A stretch of DNA of 64,000 nucleotides from a virus. Within the stretch, counting starts at the first letter, position 1. Each line of letters begins with the position of its first letter. Location of the stretch: the IMG/VR virus record IMGVR_UViG_3300032242_001694, one strand, 5' to 3'. The notes under the pieces are model-generated. The model was not told the DNA's origin. It did no database searches and worked only from the letters and a program-made list of their open reading frames with translations. Shown one piece after another: positions 30,801-41,241 of this stretch. The position numbers and the translations under genes were made by a program.

Positions 30801-32649
30801 GATAGTCCGTTATGAAAGAAGTACCGGTACCTATGACATTAGATGAACCAGTATTAACACTTGTAGTAGAAACGGCAACGTTACCAGCTTTTGAAGAGTA
30901 TCCAGTCTGAGTTGGAACTAGCAAGAAGCTTGAAGTAGAAACGCCAGTGATTCTACTTCCCTGCTTGTTGATAACTTGAGAGCCAACACCTTCCATAGCT
31001 GGAGTGTTTGCTGTCCAGACACCAGTACCGCCGGTGTTGCTGAATGTGCCAGAGTTTGCAACAGTTCTATATACGTACTGCGATGTTGCGAATCCATTAG
31101 CTACTAAAGCTTTCTTACCAACCGGGAAGATCATGTTGCTGTAGATAGGTTGCTCAAGAATAGTAGACAAAACACCGGAAGAGTTGTATGACTGCACAGT
31201 GTCAGCAACGCCAACTGGAGTTGCTGTTCCATTGGAAGCAATAATGCTTCTAACAGCGCTGAAGTTCTTACCCGGATACACAGAGATATTAAACAGATAC
31301 ATTCTATAAACAGCGCTTGCAGTGCCTGGAGCTCCGGAGTCGTATGAGAATCCGCGAATATATGCAGTACCGATTTTAGTAGAGTTTGAGAACGATGTAC
31401 TTAAGAAGTTTGAAGTAGTTAAAGCTGCTTTAGGAGCGCTGTGCAGCTCAACTCGTGTAATAGCGTTGCCGATATTAAACTGGCCGCAGTACTCATTAAC
31501 TCTTACATAGTTGCCATAGTTAGTGCTGACAACTTGGCCGGTGTATGTCTCGGTGTCTAGACCTTTTCTAAGATCTACTTTATTGTTATTAACGAACTCA
31601 ACTCTGTAACCTTCAACGTAGCCAATACCTCTTGACGAAGACAAGTTGATGTTATTAGCAGCTTTGGCATCGTCAGAAGCTTTTGGCTCTGTAGTTAGAA
31701 CGAAAGGATAGACGATATAGTTACCATTTGTCTCATAAGATCTTCTTGCAAGATCTCTACCAAGAGTAGCCAGCTGAGGGTCATTCTTAATAGAGACCGG
31801 CTTTCCACCTTTGAAGTCACAGAGTGAGAAGAAAGCTGTAGTGTTTGAGATATCAGAAGATGTTCTAACTTGTAAAGTAGGAGTCAGCTGGAGGCGGTGC
31901 GCGCCTGGAGCGCTGTAGTTTGGTGAGCCAGCAGCGTTGTCATAGAGTGAGCTGTCTGCTTCTGGAGTAACAATAGACTCAACTGCTTCAAAGCCAACAG
32001 AGAGATTGTCAGGCTGGTTTGTGTACTTAGAAACAATAATGGTCTGAGGTTCTACTCTGATGAAGTAGCCCTTCTTAAAGATAACACCAGTAGTGGTGGT
32101 GAAAGCATAACCGGTACCAGTAGAGTTTGCTACGGTAGCAACAGTTACGTTTCCAACCAGCACTCCGCCTGAAGTCTTAATTTGTAGATTTTCATTATTA
32201 GCAAAAGCAGTTTGAGGGTCACCGTTTGCGAATCTTGCAACGTCACTCTCACCGCCTAGATACTTGATATAGAGAGTGTTGAGATCCGGATCTTGAGACT
32301 GGTAACCAAACTCAGTATTTACAATTAGAGCTCTAAGACCGTTGTCGTTAGTAATATATCTACCGGCAAAGTCTGAGATAGTAAAAGCAGAGCCGTTTGC
32401 AAAGTTATCATTGATCTTTACAAAGCGATAGTCATTATCAAAAGTGAAAGAGCAGCCCTCAACAACAGAACCTTCTTTGAATACAAATCTACCAAACTTG
32501 TTAATCTGGTCTTGCATAATTGTCTGCATCTGGTTAAGCTCTCTAGTCTGAAGAGCTACGCCTGGGCGATACAAGACTTTATAGAAGTTCTTATTTACGT
32601 CATAGTCGTCATAGTACGGACTGCGTGATAGATCTGTTTGAAGAGCCAT
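27805..32649 (-). CDS. DUF4815/VrlC-like virion protein, N-terminal part, with mini-intein and poly-Gly tail
   Basis: PYYDDY...LQTRELNQMQ, APGAHRL, DNGQRDSHYD, YTMKDI...LEYYTSLSLLE. Confidence 0.8.
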   Translation of the reverse strand: MALQTDLSRSPYYDDYDVNKNFYKVLYRPGVALQTRELNQMQTIMQDQINKFGRFVFKEGSVVEGCSFTFDNDYRFVKINDNFANGSAFTISDFAGRYITNDNGLRALIVNTEFGYQSQDPDLNTLYIKYLGGESDVARFANGDPQTAFANNENLQIKTSGGVLVGNVTVATVANSTGTGYAFTTTTGVIFKKGYFIRVEPQTIIVSKYTNQPDNLSVGFEAVESIVTPEADSSLYDNAAGSPNYSAPGAHRLQLTPTLQVRTSSDISNTTAFFSLCDFKGGKPVSIKNDPQLATLGRDLARRSYETNGNYIVYPFVLTTEPKASDDAKAANNINLSSSRGIGYVEGYRVEFVNNNKVDLRKGLDTETYTGQVVSTNYGNYVRVNEYCGQFNIGNAITRVELHSAPKAALTTSNFLSTSFSNSTKIGTAYIRGFSYDSGAPGTASAVYRMYLFNISVYPGKNFSAVRSIIASNGTATPVGVADTVQSYNSSGVLSTILEQPIYSNMIFPVGKKALVANGFATSQYVYRTVANSGTFSNTGGTGVWTANTPAMEGVGSQVINKQGSRITGVSTSSFLLVPTQTGYSSKAGNVAVSTTSVNTGSSNVIGTGTSFITDYLPGDYITINSVTRCINVISSNTLLTVTTPYANTFSATGANTAKKAFPAGVPIDFSKNSGSINRFVNAGSTSLTFSLGELVDSAFNAVAYYDILRSGTVPISKQITKHAMVTINCASHSANTVGPYSLGLPDVAKINAIYINSATPANSGTDYKSSFFFDNGQRDSHYDLASITPKGNILTTDSRIVVDFDVFSYTYTSGKGYFTANSYPLASSANSTTITIQEIPQFTAQDGSIFDLRDSIDFRPFATNTAVVTTTLGSSTTNPSNALNLKITGLSAYVPTPDENFETTLAVYKGRKDRAIIRIDGSFAILEGEPSFTPTLPPEEAGSMTLGVVDVPPYPTLSSPEAKTYNRYDYQVTTTITQNKRYTMKDINVLSNKIDNLEYYTSLSLLEKATKDTLVRSGTTGQNRFQNGIMVDSFADHMISDQNDPNINSSIDADKTELRPYFLRFQRPLDLDINQSSNVVQKKNKSVWLAHTDVPYITQSYASKYRNCIEGNIYTYRGEVTFDPPGATMPDMQKSPDVTVAIDLAANWVALGASAFGSQWGAWNTTSKTVNQPGPKELKADVTDKYGNQSKTYQQKTTTTTSTTSTRSGMQMDVTTSTKNYNLGENVTDVQILPYVKSQAVNITAHGLKPFTRVYMFMNDVHVTDWCKPWYTPTASQSALDTDGKPIGSGCGVPTTAKIAAGYTKIGNFADPIYTNRFGSVYGVFQIPPNKFKATTLEMTIVDVPNMVTGKDAITTQAKGTFYATNLSVFKGQTILAAREATLSVKEVTQYANTITVSNTVSTSIEYIPAPAPEPGPGGGWDGGTGCCFDPNAKVLMADGAYKRIADIIIGDKVHGKEGPNTVVGTKKTTVQDRKMIKIKGYDFFATDDHLFLTNNGWKTWRPDRLIDNNRENAVFLEGENRHHPLDKDDILINYTVKGCEIVYADLEIEEHDFDPEFEVYDLHLDGDSTYIVDGFVVHNCGGGGCGDGGGSGSGGGGDGGGGGDGGGGGGGD
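27907..28365 (-). mobile_element. Mini-intein / Hint domain (153 aa, no endonuclease)
   Basis: CFDPNAKVLMADG (block A), ATDDH (block B TxxH), VYDLHLDGDSTYIVDGFVVHN followed by Cys+1. Confidence 0.85.
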
Positions 32650-32657
32650 ATTTTCCT

Positions 32658-35600
32658 CTAAAACTTAATAACGATTTGAACTGTCTCTTTCGAGGTGTTC
32701 GATAATTGGAACGGAGAAGTGATATTCTCAAGATAAGTAACTTCTCCAGTATTTATTACTAGATCTGGATGTAAGATAACGCTATCTGTAATCAAGCACT
32801 TGCCGGTCGATCCAGAAATACTTCCAGTAACATTTCCGCTTAGAGTTCCGGAGCTAAATAGCCCGCTTCCTCCGATGTTACTTAATACAAGAACATTATA
32901 AGCGTTTGAGATAGATGCGCTTACATTTAAGTTATTTATAATAGTTTCCCCAGTTCTAAACAGTCCATTGACTGATGTTATTCTGAGATACGTGTTGTTA
33001 GCATACGTTAAGATACCAGTCGCAGTAAGACCTGAGTCATGAACAACGTCACCCGCTGAAAAACCAGGAGTACTTGAGATAGCTACGTCTTGCTCGTTAT
33101 TATTACTGATAATCATTCCGCTAGCGTTTGAGTACTCTTGAGTTACTCTCTCAAACTGTTGGAACGGAGCTGAGTTACCAGTTAGAGGGAATCTAACAGT
33201 CTGGTTAAACTTCTTAGCAAAGACGCTGCTGACGTCGATCTTACCATTGGCAACATAGATAGAAGCCACGTTTGCATAAGCATTCGTAACTGGATCATAC
33301 ATGGTATCGCCGACTGTAAACTTACCATAGACATCTGTAAGAAGAACTTGCGTGTTAGTCGGGGTAGATAAGATAAGAGCATTGGCACCCGAGCTAATTT
33401 CGCTAACAGTCTCAACGCCCGTACCAGTAGTGAAGTATATTACATTAGAGATCGCCACATTAGCTTTGGTGTTAGAAGTCAATCCGATAACGTTATCATT
33501 GGCAGCAGACCCATTCGCAAACTTTAGATTTGCAGAGAAAGTACCTTTAATAGCTTTTAGCTCAATGTGTGAGCTGTTAGCATAGACAACTTTACCAACA
33601 GCGCCAGAGTTTGACTGTAAGACATACTCATTGGTGCTAAATCCATCTCCAACTGCAGTGTTTACAGTAAGTCTAACACGGTCAAACGTGTTTAAGTTTA
33701 CAGTAACGTTATTGAAGAGTGGGTTCTTAATAAGACCAATTCTGCGATAAGTTCCATAGACTGGATAGTGATAGCTTTCTGAAACACCGTTTGCAAAAGT
33801 TGTAGTGATACCTGCGTATCTTGCACCAAGCTCTGCATAAGCGTCATAGCCGTGACCTGCAACTGGAGCAACTACTCCATAAGCTTTTGCGCTAGACCCT
33901 GAGTTTGACACGATAGTAACATTTGCGTATGTATAGTTTAGACCGGTATTTAGAACAATAATTTTTGATACAGGCCCACGCGATGCTAGAGAATTATCAA
34001 CTATCGAGTAAGCCAATGCATTAGATCCATCGCCAACGATATTAACAGTTGGTGATATAACATACTCGGTCAGTTGGTTTGGAATAATATAGTACGATAA
34101 GACATTCGCAGAGCCCAAGATATTCTTGTCGGTATCGCGTGTATTAACTGGAATGCCAGGAATATAAGTGCCAAGAGGATCTTTAATCGTGATATTTGGA
34201 TAGCTATCGATGACGTTGATCTTACCTCTTTGGAGACTTGACTCGCCTCTTAAGTAAGAGTTTGCACCACCGGTAAGAGTAGTGCTGAAAGATCCACCAG
34301 TAACACCGGTAAGAACAACCGTTGTGGTGTTTGCATAAGACACGATACCATAAACGCTTTGCGTGGTGTTACTGACATCAACCATGTCAACTTTTTCACC
34401 AACTGTAAAGTTAATAGCGAGATTGGTCTTTTCTGTATAGCCAATCTTAATGCCATAGATATTTGTGTTTGATATAACTCCAGTAGCAGATGTAAGAGTT
34501 ATCGAAGAAGGCTCAAAGGCATAAGGCATGTCATAGATAGTGTTTGCGATAACCCCAGCGCTTAGAGGAGTATCAACTATAACCACAGTGCTGTTAACTG
34601 AGGTAACTCTGCGAATGTTGTTGTTAGAGTTTTCACCTATGCGAATATATGAGTTATTTGCAAAGTCAGTTGTAAAAGACGTCTGAGCCGTGTTAGTTGA
34701 GTAGATGTAGGTGTTGCCGGTATTATTAGAACTAACTATAGTAACTGTTGCGTTTGAAGAAGAAGTGTTGCCCTTAACGGAGTTGGCAGTAGAATTAGTC
34801 ACGAAAGATCCAGTAACTCTACCAACCGTGATCTTAGAACTATTTGCAGCGACAACGATACCATTTGCGGTATTGGCAGAGCCAACTTTCTGGTAGATCC
34901 ACTCACCAATGGTAAATGCACCGGTATTAGAAGAGATTGACAATTCTGTAAACGGAGTTACCGTAGCTTTTCCACCTTTAAGAGTTCCACCTTGGGAAGT
35001 GTTATAGACTGGAAGACTTAACGAAAACGCATTAGATCCAGGTGATCTTGTAACTTTAAAGACAGTGCTGTTAGCGATAAGAATAGTTGCAACGGCTCCA
35101 GTATCAGACTGCACAACGCTGTCATTGATCTGAAAGATGCCTTTAGAGTACAGTGTTGCAAGACTGTCAACATTCTGTGTAAGAATATTTCCAGCTACAA
35201 AGCTGTCTGGAGCTGTAATGTTCGTAATGTTGAAAGTTATAAAGTTATCAAACGCGCGATCAACAGTTAAAATTTTGTTAAGACCATCATACTTAACAAT
35301 CTTTCTTATCTGGCCAGAACCATAACCAGCTTGAAGATAGATCGAGCTGTCTGTATAGTAGTCATTGCTATAACTTGCGCTTTGATCAAGTACTAGAGAC
35401 TTGTTGTTTGCACTTGCAACTAGATAGCCGGTATAGTAAGGGTAGTTATTTCCGCCATTTGTAATTCTAATAGCGTCAATAGTTCCAGACACAGCATTTG
35501 CAATTACCGAGTTGTTTGCTTTTACCGGTATAAAGTTTGCGGTAGTAAAGAGTGCGTTGGCATTTGTGTCTACTTTATACATGTACTTCCAGATGTAGCC

Positions 35601-36053
35601 ATCTGAAGTCATAAAAGTCCCACTCTGAGTTGTAAGAGTTGGCTTGATCGTACAAGCGCTTCCATTATTATTATCAATAACTTTGTACACTTCCATGTTG
35701 TCAGTAACTACATAGAATTGCTTAGAGAGAAGGTCTGGATCAAACTGGTCATACTGGTCATAGTATGTGTTGCTTGTCCAGTTAATTCTTGGGATCAAGT
35801 ACTCGATCATCTCTGGTGTTATGATCTTACCAAAGATAGCGTCGTGATAGATGCTCGACTCGTGCTGATAAACAGAAGAGTTTGCTGACTGGTAAGTGGT
35901 GATATTATTAGAGCTGTCGTCGTTTTGACCAGCAGGATTTAGCCATGGATCCGGCTTTCCAGCAAATAGATAGTAAGAATTCTTAGACGTCTCAACATCA
36001 TTGATGAACGATTTAATAATGTCTAAGTAATGATGAATTGTTAAAACGGCCAT
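32658..36053 (-). CDS. gp8: Baseplate wedge protein, enlarged
   Basis: YLFAGKPDPW, IPRINWTSNTYY, VYKVIDNN, SDGYIWKYMY, GHGYDAYAELGA. Confidence 0.85.
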   Translation of the reverse strand: MAVLTIHHYLDIIKSFINDVETSKNSYYLFAGKPDPWLNPAGQNDDSSNNITTYQSANSSVYQHESSIYHDAIFGKIITPEMIEYLIPRINWTSNTYYDQYDQFDPDLLSKQFYVVTDNMEVYKVIDNNNGSACTIKPTLTTQSGTFMTSDGYIWKYMYKVDTNANALFTTANFIPVKANNSVIANAVSGTIDAIRITNGGNNYPYYTGYLVASANNKSLVLDQSASYSNDYYTDSSIYLQAGYGSGQIRKIVKYDGLNKILTVDRAFDNFITFNITNITAPDSFVAGNILTQNVDSLATLYSKGIFQINDSVVQSDTGAVATILIANSTVFKVTRSPGSNAFSLSLPVYNTSQGGTLKGGKATVTPFTELSISSNTGAFTIGEWIYQKVGSANTANGIVVAANSSKITVGRVTGSFVTNSTANSVKGNTSSSNATVTIVSSNNTGNTYIYSTNTAQTSFTTDFANNSYIRIGENSNNNIRRVTSVNSTVVIVDTPLSAGVIANTIYDMPYAFEPSSITLTSATGVISNTNIYGIKIGYTEKTNLAINFTVGEKVDMVDVSNTTQSVYGIVSYANTTTVVLTGVTGGSFSTTLTGGANSYLRGESSLQRGKINVIDSYPNITIKDPLGTYIPGIPVNTRDTDKNILGSANVLSYYIIPNQLTEYVISPTVNIVGDGSNALAYSIVDNSLASRGPVSKIIVLNTGLNYTYANVTIVSNSGSSAKAYGVVAPVAGHGYDAYAELGARYAGITTTFANGVSESYHYPVYGTYRRIGLIKNPLFNNVTVNLNTFDRVRLTVNTAVGDGFSTNEYVLQSNSGAVGKVVYANSSHIELKAIKGTFSANLKFANGSAANDNVIGLTSNTKANVAISNVIYFTTGTGVETVSEISSGANALILSTPTNTQVLLTDVYGKFTVGDTMYDPVTNAYANVASIYVANGKIDVSSVFAKKFNQTVRFPLTGNSAPFQQFERVTQEYSNASGMIISNNNEQDVAISSTPGFSAGDVVHDSGLTATGILTYANNTYLRITSVNGLFRTGETIINNLNVSASISNAYNVLVLSNIGGSGLFSSGTLSGNVTGSISGSTGKCLITDSVILHPDLVINTGEVTYLENITSPFQLSNTSKETVQIVIKF

Positions 36054-36077
36054 TATACTATCCGAAGTTGTTTCTTT

Positions 36078-36085
36078 TATTTATT
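36078..36085 (-). promoter_or_regulatory. T4-type late promoter variant (AATAAATA)
   Basis: ATAAATA core upstream of gp8. Confidence 0.5.
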
Positions 36086-38120
36086 AGTTCTGTGTAGCGC
36101 TTATATACACCGGCTGTGAGTCTTGGTTAGTTAATTCACTCTTAAATGAATATCTACCGTATAAAGCAATACCAGTTGGATGAATTAGATCTTCAACGAG
36201 TTTTCTATAAGTATCTATCATTCTAGAAGCTACAATCTCGTACGAGAACATCTGGTAGAAAGAGCTGTCTTGCAAGAACTCAGTGTCACTTAAGAATCCG
36301 CTGTTGTTCAAGAATGATCCCTGTCCTACGCCGTGAGTTTCTACAATTGAAATACCATAAACGCTTGTAGGATTATCTCTTCCACTCAAGATGTTTGTCT
36401 CGTTTTGGCCGTATCCGTAACCTGAGTCTACGATCTTGACTGCTGTAACGATGCCGCTAGCAGTACCCGCAGTCGCGACAACTTCTGCGTCATGTCCCCA
36501 GTATCCACCTCTATCGTCTAAGATACCAAGAGCATAGATATCCGGCTCAGTGATAGTGACTGTTGGATTTTGAGAATAACGCGTACCCGGATTAATATTT
36601 TTCAAGTAAGTTATGGTACCAATTTCTAGAACTTTAATATTTAGTGCCACGTTCAACTGAGTGTCTAAGTTAGTTATGGTACCAGCCGCTGGGAATCCAC
36701 CCCAGTCGGTAGTTCTAGTAACTGAAGTTACAGTAGCAGTTGCACCTGTATTAGCATTTGTTATAATACTTCCTGGAATAAAGTATCCGATATTTGAAGT
36801 TGGATTATACACAACTTTCACTGTAGTATTAGATGCGTCAGCATTAATCATGCCATTAGAAGTCACTGTAATTTTTGGCCAAGTTGAGTTAACTTTAACA
36901 ATAGAATTTGTAACATTACTGATTAATGTAACGCCGGGAACCAAGTTAGCATTTGTTATGTCAGCGTCCGCGCCCGTAATGTAGAGAACCGCGTGATCTG
37001 AGTTATAAACAGTAATGCCCGTGATGCCAAGAGAAGTATTTGATATAGACTCACCGGAAGCAATATAACCACTTAGGTACTTCACGTCTAGGTGTCTAGC
37101 ATTAGCTGAAGAAGTTACAATATTGTTTGCGTTAAAAGAGCCTGATACTGAGTTCACCCCAAGCTGCATCGTCTGTGTTGAGTACTCAAGAACAGTATCT
37201 TTCAACCCATCGATAACGTCAGTGATTAAAGAGAATGTCTGCTTGTTCGTGATGCCGCCGACACTTGCAGAAGCTCCAGATCCATACCCGCCAGTAACTG
37301 AGACAATAGCGTTTACAGTATATCCAGACCCACCATTCTTGAGATAAAAAGAAACTTTACCGTTCTGGTTAGTCGTACTGACAACTTGGGCGATGGCGGC
37401 TTTACCGCTACCCTGAACGTCAAGCAGGTCGCCAACTTTATAGTTTGCTCCACCTGAAGTGACGCTAATCGTTGAGAGAGATCCGATAATTAATGGCGCA
37501 TTATCTTCTGTAATTGATGGAACGTCAAGACATAGAACTTTCTGTCCACTCTTAAACTCACCATCAATACTCGAGATATAGATGATGTTGACAGTCTTGC
37601 CTTGAATAACTTTCTTAAAAGTAGATTCAACGACTGCGGTTCCACCGTTATTGGTATAGATCTTCTTTCCAATTAACAAAGGAATGTTTGTGTTTTCAGT
37701 CACTTCAATGTATGTTGGAACATACCAGGTTGAGTCTGAAGACTTTATAAGGTGCTGACCCGGAATATAGATGTCAATATCTTCATTAAACAATAGTCTA
37801 AACAGAAGCTTGTATCCGCGATCGGTGCCTTTAGCATTGTATAGATCTGTGATATGCTTAAGCAGGAGTCTCTTGTTGGCTACGATATTCTCGGGAAGAG
37901 AGTTAATATACTTATTCTTAAAGTACTTTACAAAGCCGTCTAGAGTTGTGTCAATGTCTTTGTAATCGAGCATCTCGCGCGAGACTTTTATAACCTGACC
38001 GCTCTGCTCCATCCACTCATAGTATGACGTAACAAACGCAATAAAGTCCGGACCCTCGTCTCTATAAAACTGAGGGAACTGATAAGCAATAAGCGGAGAT
38101 ACTAACTTCTCAATCTGCAT
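36084..38120 (-). CDS. gp7: Baseplate wedge subunit, gp7-like
   Basis: QFPQFYR...FVTSYYEWME, YNAKGT...LFRLLF, LQDSSFYQMFSYEI, LIHPTG; between gp6 and gp8. Confidence 0.7.
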   Translation of the reverse strand: MQIEKLVSPLIAYQFPQFYRDEGPDFIAFVTSYYEWMEQSGQVIKVSREMLDYKDIDTTLDGFVKYFKNKYINSLPENIVANKRLLLKHITDLYNAKGTDRGYKLLFRLLFNEDIDIYIPGQHLIKSSDSTWYVPTYIEVTENTNIPLLIGKKIYTNNGGTAVVESTFKKVIQGKTVNIIYISSIDGEFKSGQKVLCLDVPSITEDNAPLIIGSLSTISVTSGGANYKVGDLLDVQGSGKAAIAQVVSTTNQNGKVSFYLKNGGSGYTVNAIVSVTGGYGSGASASVGGITNKQTFSLITDVIDGLKDTVLEYSTQTMQLGVNSVSGSFNANNIVTSSANARHLDVKYLSGYIASGESISNTSLGITGITVYNSDHAVLYITGADADITNANLVPGVTLISNVTNSIVKVNSTWPKITVTSNGMINADASNTTVKVVYNPTSNIGYFIPGSIITNANTGATATVTSVTRTTDWGGFPAAGTITNLDTQLNVALNIKVLEIGTITYLKNINPGTRYSQNPTVTITEPDIYALGILDDRGGYWGHDAEVVATAGTASGIVTAVKIVDSGYGYGQNETNILSGRDNPTSVYGISIVETHGVGQGSFLNNSGFLSDTEFLQDSSFYQMFSYEIVASRMIDTYRKLVEDLIHPTGIALYGRYSFKSELTNQDSQPVYISATQN

Positions 38121-39949
38121 CAGTTGACTGCCATAACATTAACAACCATGCTTCCAATGTCAAGCTCAATTACGTTGTTGTAGTAAGCAGTAATGTCATC
38201 TGAGTATGTAATTGCAAAGAACTGTATGCCGATATTACCTAAGAAATCTACAACATAGATATTACCAACTGAGATCTTACCTGTCATGTAGTCTACACTG
38301 CCGATGACCGTGTAGTACTCGGTGTTATTGCTTGAGATATACTTTAAGTAGAGAACCGGATTGGTGTTTTGTACATCAAACACATTTCCCGTTCCACCTC
38401 TTACGAATGAGTTAACATTAGGGTTATAGTCAGTGATCTGGTAAGTGTTGCCATCTGACAGCAAGAAATTAGAGCTGTAGACAGTTCCCGGAATCAAGCG
38501 ATTATTAAAGATCGTTGAGATAGAGCTTGACAATCCAAGTGGTGGCTGGACAACTTTATACGCTTGAGTGGTAATCTGGTTGCCAACGATACTCGAATCA
38601 GTCGAGTCAATTGTCTCGGTAAACTTTGAAAATCTAAAAGTAGTATTGAACATCTCTAGATAATCATTGTTAAACTTAGTTGCAGATGCCACTACTTTTG
38701 TTGAGATCTGAGCAGGTGAGAGAGTTGTATTATTAAAGTTGACATTAACATTAATTGTTGGTATAATGTAGATATATTCCGGATCAATAACAATATTTTG
38801 AATATTCAAGATCTTCTTATTATCGAGGAAGTAAACGAGATCTGTTTTTCTCTGGTTGGTTAAAGGCGCGCCTGAGTACGTACTCGGTGAGATAAACACC
38901 TTACCATACTGTACACTATCAGCTATTGTCTCACCGCCATAGACATGTACGTCTTTAACTTCATTAAAATTATCAATGATCAAGTTGCGATAGTCACTAG
39001 CTGTGACAGCTCGTCCTAGAGTCTGAAAAGCTCTTGGAGCTCTGAATCTAATAGACTCGATACTTTCTCTCTCAGCACCATTAGAAGATTTAGAAACTGT
39101 GGTTATCGTAGTTCCAGTTACTGCTCCACCATTTACAGGTCCTAGATCTTTATCAATAAAGAAAGTATCAATGCCGCTGCCACCAGATCCCGCACTAACG
39201 CGATATGATATGACTACTGTAGATGCATTTTGCGGAATACGGCCAAATACTCCATCTCCAAACATAATCTCATATGTTCCTCTAGATGCAGCTTGTAAGA
39301 AGTAAATATTTGAAGTAGGTTTTAAGTCATACAAGAAACTTTCTTGAGTGAAACTTGTAACATCCATTCCGTTGTTTTCATAGACATCAACTGTCATACT
39401 GTCTGTGTCTACTAAATAATTAGTTACTAAAAACTTTTGATTTGGATTAGTGTAATCTACAATGTAGACTTCGCTTATGTAAGTTCCTTCATAAATTGGA
39501 AGGTTAGAAAATGTAAAATTACCAGAAGTAGAGAGCGCTGTATGATTACGGTCTGTGGTAAAGACAAATGCACCATTAGCGTTGGTGCCGGAGAACTGAG
39601 TACCTTTTGGAATTAGAAAAGTTGTACCGATACCATTGGTCTTAAAAGTAACGTCAATCAGAGCTTCTGGCGACTTTCTAGAAGCTGGCAAATAATTGAT
39701 TTGCTTTGCATGAGACACAACTGAGTCTCTAACTTGAGCGCTATCGAGAAACATCTCAGAGATAGCCATGTTAGTGTAGAAAGAGTTGATATATGTGTTA
39801 TAGGCCATCACGTCAAGCAGCACATTAATGTTTGATCCCTCAAAGTCATAGTCTTTGAAGGTGGACTGCGACTTCATAAAAGTCCTTAAGTTAGACTTAA
39901 GGGTATCAAAGTCCAGTGAAGTTATATTAAGTGCACTATTAGCTGCCAT
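38120..39949 (-). CDS. gp6: Baseplate wedge subunit
   Basis: LDFDTLKSNL, DYDFEGS, FLDSAQVRDSVVSHAK, FGDGVFG, RAVTASDY. Confidence 0.93.
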   Translation of the reverse strand: MAANSALNITSLDFDTLKSNLRTFMKSQSTFKDYDFEGSNINVLLDVMAYNTYINSFYTNMAISEMFLDSAQVRDSVVSHAKQINYLPASRKSPEALIDVTFKTNGIGTTFLIPKGTQFSGTNANGAFVFTTDRNHTALSTSGNFTFSNLPIYEGTYISEVYIVDYTNPNQKFLVTNYLVDTDSMTVDVYENNGMDVTSFTQESFLYDLKPTSNIYFLQAASRGTYEIMFGDGVFGRIPQNASTVVISYRVSAGSGGSGIDTFFIDKDLGPVNGGAVTGTTITTVSKSSNGAERESIESIRFRAPRAFQTLGRAVTASDYRNLIIDNFNEVKDVHVYGGETIADSVQYGKVFISPSTYSGAPLTNQRKTDLVYFLDNKKILNIQNIVIDPEYIYIIPTINVNVNFNNTTLSPAQISTKVVASATKFNNDYLEMFNTTFRFSKFTETIDSTDSSIVGNQITTQAYKVVQPPLGLSSSISTIFNNRLIPGTVYSSNFLLSDGNTYQITDYNPNVNSFVRGGTGNVFDVQNTNPVLYLKYISSNNTEYYTVIGSVDYMTGKISVGNIYVVDFLGNIGIQFFAITYSDDITAYYNNVIELDIGSMVVNVMAVN

Positions 39950-40372
39950 TTATCTTACTCTCTTGAGCGTAACATCCATTGATACTGGAGTATTATTATT
40001 TATTAAAGAAAAAACAATGTTCACAACAACGGTGTTATAGTCAGAAGACTCGCGAACATCTACTCCTAGAAGCTTTGCTCTTGGCTCGTTGTGGTTTATA
40101 GTAAGGGCTATAGAGTCTGATATATCTTTAGCTGTTAGAGTATTCATCGGTTCGAATAAATGTCTAAGAATATCAGAGCCAACTTGAGGCTGGAACATTC
40201 TCTCTCCGTAATTGGTAAGAACTAGATTTTTAATAGACTGTCTTACCGCATTAACGTTAGTGGTCTTCGCGAGAGTTCCAGTTATCGGATGTACAGAGAA
40301 GCTATTTAGAAAGTCGCTAAAGACTTCCGACTGTCCAGCTAGCTGGGTAAATTTATCTGCTCTCGTTGACAT
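39950..40372 (-). CDS. gp25: Baseplate wedge subunit/sheath initiator
   Basis: AVRQSIKNLVLTNYGERMFQP, EPRAKL. Confidence 0.92.
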   Translation of the reverse strand: MSTRADKFTQLAGQSEVFSDFLNSFSVHPITGTLAKTTNVNAVRQSIKNLVLTNYGERMFQPQVGSDILRHLFEPMNTLTAKDISDSIALTINHNEPRAKLLGVDVRESSDYNTVVVNIVFSLINNNTPVSMDVTLKRVR

Positions 40373-40382
40373 AGACTCTGCC

Positions 40383-41240
40383 TTACCTTGTTGGTATTAC
40401 TTGCCCGCCTGGAGGTACCGTGCTTGTCTCAAGCAGTGTTCCCTTAGCCGACTTGATCTTATTGCTCTTGCCCGAGACAATAACTTCATTGTTGATAGAC
40501 AAGATGCCTGATTTACCAGAACCATAGTTAACAATCGCGATATTTTCACTTCCGGTTGCGTAGATATTAATAAATCCTTTGTGCTGGATACCAATACCAT
40601 TCTTGTTGATATTGATATAGTTGTCTCCAACTCTCAGCTCAATCTCATCACTAGCTTCAATCTTGATCTTACCTTTATCAAGTGTTAAGTCAAAGTTGCC
40701 TTTTTGGACATGAATCCCATATTCACCAGATACCATCTCAATCTTGTTACCAGTGATCTGAGATATATCATTACCCATGATATTATGATGGACATCACCA
40801 GTATGGTCAGTAACGATGTTCCCCTCAGTAGTATGAAATCCATCTCCACCCGCAGAAGTATTTATCTGAGAATCATTTGTTCCAGATATGCTGGCACCGC
40901 CACCTGCAGAAGATTGATTCCCACCGGTCTCAGAGTGGCTTCCGCCTTCTGTGGTAGATCTACTCGTCCCACTAACTTTTGAGTCTGAGTGGCCATCTGC
41001 TGTGGAAGAAACACCATCTGCATTATAGCTGTGGCTCTTGCCAGTCTGGACACTTACGTGCTGACCATCAGGCCCAACACCGCTATAGCTTCCATCTGGG
41101 TGAATAATGAATGAAGCTTCATTCCCAGGTTCAATGCTTCTAATCTCTTGACTTCCATCTGGACGCGTAGTTACCAGAAGATTAGGATAAGTTCCCTTGT
41201 ATGGAATCTTTGGATGAGCTTGATTTGGATCGTATGCCAT
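40383..41240 (-). CDS. Baseplate spike, gp5 C-terminal (beta-helix) part
   Basis: YPNLLV...EPGNE...HPDGSY segment resembling the gp5 YPxN...PGxE...H motif; following 8-residue periodicity. Confidence 0.6.
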   Translation of the reverse strand: MAYDPNQAHPKIPYKGTYPNLLVTTRPDGSQEIRSIEPGNEASFIIHPDGSYSGVGPDGQHVSVQTGKSHSYNADGVSSTADGHSDSKVSGTSRSTTEGGSHSETGGNQSSAGGGASISGTNDSQINTSAGGDGFHTTEGNIVTDHTGDVHHNIMGNDISQITGNKIEMVSGEYGIHVQKGNFDLTLDKGKIKIEASDEIELRVGDNYININKNGIGIQHKGFINIYATGSENIAIVNYGSGKSGILSINNEVIVSGKSNKIKSAKGTLLETSTVPPGGQVIPTR

Positions 41241-41241
41241 A